A DNA stretch of 64,000 nucleotides from Zootoca vivipara (lineage: Eukaryota): assembly GCF_963506605.1 (NCBI RefSeq), contig NC_083276.1, forward strand, positions 107,136,001-107,200,000, written 5' to 3'. The notes below the pieces were generated by a model. It saw only the letters and a program-made list of their open reading frames with translations. It did no database searches and was not told where the DNA came from. Both the position numbers and the translations under genes were made by a program. Shown piece after piece: positions 61,911-64,000 of the stretch (positions are counted from its first letter, which is position 1; every line of letters begins with the position of its first letter).

Positions 61911-64000
61911 AAGAAAAATGAAAAACCCCAAAGTTGCAACTTGAAAAATAAGTCCTTAGCAGTAAACTCTGTTGAATTAAGCAGGCTTACAAGCCAGCAT
62001 GTTTAGAACCAAGGTGTACTGCTGCTAAACTATATACAATAGTATACAGAAGATTTTATTTGTTGTTGGAAAACCTAGGTGTGTGCACCATCATTGGGGT
62101 GCATTGTGATGTTCCAATTTATGAAGAAGAAACCAACATCATGCTCATAAGGTAAAACTGAAAAGAATGCTTGACAAATATGGAAGAAAACTGCCTTCCT
62201 TGCTAGGAGCGAGGGATTGGCGAATCTGACCATTTTGCTTTTGCTGTTTCCCATTTTTCTGTTAAGTCCAGTTCGCCACATTTCAATCTTTTTTTTAAGT
62301 ACTCATGAAAATTCACCACCATTTCCATGTGGATTTCTCATATTATGCAAATTTTTGCATGCAGTTCCTCCTGATAGATGCGTTTTTGCAATTTCCCATA
62401 GTATGACACATCTTTGTATGTTATTTACTGTAATATATGCACACTGTACACTGTTTTATGTACCCTGTACCCTAGTTTCCACATTTTTGCGAAGAGAATA
62501 CTTGGCTGAAGAAGCGCATTGCAAAATTCAGAGAAATGCAAAGTTCAAGGAATAGTTGTGCTTTGGTTAAAGAATGGTTTTGGAAAGGGCGGATTATGGT
62601 TTACATTGGAGGCTGCTCATAGGGCACTGGTGGCTATAATCCAGGGTAGGTAAAACAGTTGTTTACTGTAGTTTTATAATTTTCTGGAAGCTGCCCAGAG
62701 TGGCTTGGGCAGCCCAGTCAGATGGGTGGCATATAAAATTATTATTATTAATCTCTCACACTAGCTAATAGGTAACACGATTATTGTGAATTGAGGTAAC
62801 AAACATGAACTGAAATGGTGTTAATTAACACACATTTAATTTCAGATTTTTTGGGAGTGGTGCTCAGGATGGAACAGCAACTCATTATCCTAGCACCTTG
62901 AAACTTTCTCATACTCTACATAGAAAAGTTTTCTACCATTCATCTGTTGGTGATGCTGCTTCAGCCACCAGATTTCTTGGCTTATAATTCCACATCATTT
63001 AGAATAAGACAGAGAAGTTATCTCCAAAACGAAGAGATCAATGTACCCAATAAATGGTTATTTCCCACTGAATCCTCTATGCCCCATATGGATATATAGA
63101 TATCTATTATAATGCCTATGTAAGGTGTAAAAGATCACTTCCTGTACCTAACAACTCCAATCGTGGCCCTGGTTAAGGGCAAAGACATTCAACACTTCCC
63201 CCCCAGTTCTCTGATGCAAATCTCTCCCACCCTGAAACTACTACTAGTTGGAGAGGGGGAAACATGCAAGCAGATTGTACTAGTGCATTGAAGAATCGGG
63301 AAGTGAGAAAGCACTGACTCCCCCTTCTCCTGCACCAGAGCTCCATCTGAAATACTTTTCAGAAAATGTAAAGGAATAGGATATCCAATCACAGATTCCT
63401 TGCATTGCATATTGTTTGCCTCCAAAGTCAGGTCAATAATTATTTTTTTAAAGAGACCCTTTTATGGTAAAGGTGTCATAAACAGAAAACGAATTGAGGG
63501 TTAACCATCACAGTGGGATTCTGCAGAAGCAGATTAAGGACATGATCCAGCCAAAGTTTTAATTATTATTATTTTTTATAAAAAAAGTTTTTTATATACT
63601 TCTGCATCATAAAATATTAGGGCAGAGCACTAGATGTATTCAAGGAAGCATAACACACCATTAAAAACAGTACAAAATAATCACTAAAAAAAAGAAGAAG
63701 AAGTTAAGCATTTTAAAGTTCCATTGATTTCAATGAAGAGAATTAGAGAGCAATCCTTTGTACAGTCAATGATACTTACATTTGCAAGGAAAAAGAGATT
63801 GGATCAAGGCTGCACAGCATAAACTGAACCCTTCTTGGCTATTACTAGGGCATAAAAGATCTCAACTTTGGCTGGAGTGTTCTCGAATTTTGTTTGGCTT
63901 ACGAGGTTAGTACTTTTGAAATGTTGCTCTTTAATTTAACAAGGAACAATTCTGCATCTAGAATAGACCTCCGTTTTTACTTTTCTTTTAAAAACAAAAA

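Noticed and set aside
59500-64000. GCG exon 1, TATA box and G1 promoter element
   Set aside because: No convincing TATA plus donor arrangement found; probably lies beyond the window

Overview
Vertebrate genomic DNA from a squamate. The Sauria-SINE subfamily and the other repeats suggest a lacertid lizard such as Podarcis; this is inferred, not proven. The window covers the conserved DPP4-GCG locus with both genes on the minus strand. DPP4 exons 1-15 (25759 down to 67, gene continues off the left edge) were reconstructed by hand with GT-AG boundaries and a consistent frame, under a CpG-island promoter with an HNF1-like site. Proglucagon (GCG) coding exons run from 58927 down to 44343: signal peptide/GRPP, glucagon, a 51-nt sauropsid-type IP-1 exon, GLP-1 and GLP-2. 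Its non-coding first exon and terminal exon were not located. Most of the short ORFs in the track are noise from repeats: 13 Sauria SINE copies or fragments, BovB/RTE, CR1, L2, a young 5'-truncated L1, hAT and Tc1/mariner MITEs, and two Penelope-like terminal repeats carrying minimal hammerhead ribozyme motifs. The main observations are (1) a BovB insertion inside the DPP4 exon-4 splice acceptor that replaces its branch point and polypyrimidine tract, (2) unusual proglucagon peptides: glucagon with Arg17Ile, GLP-1 ending NGGG, and a GLP-2 with glucagon- and exendin-like residues, (3) the hammerhead-bearing Penelope relics, and (4) a very recent L1 just upstream of the GLP-1 exon. I found no convincing evidence of a wholly new multi-gene system.
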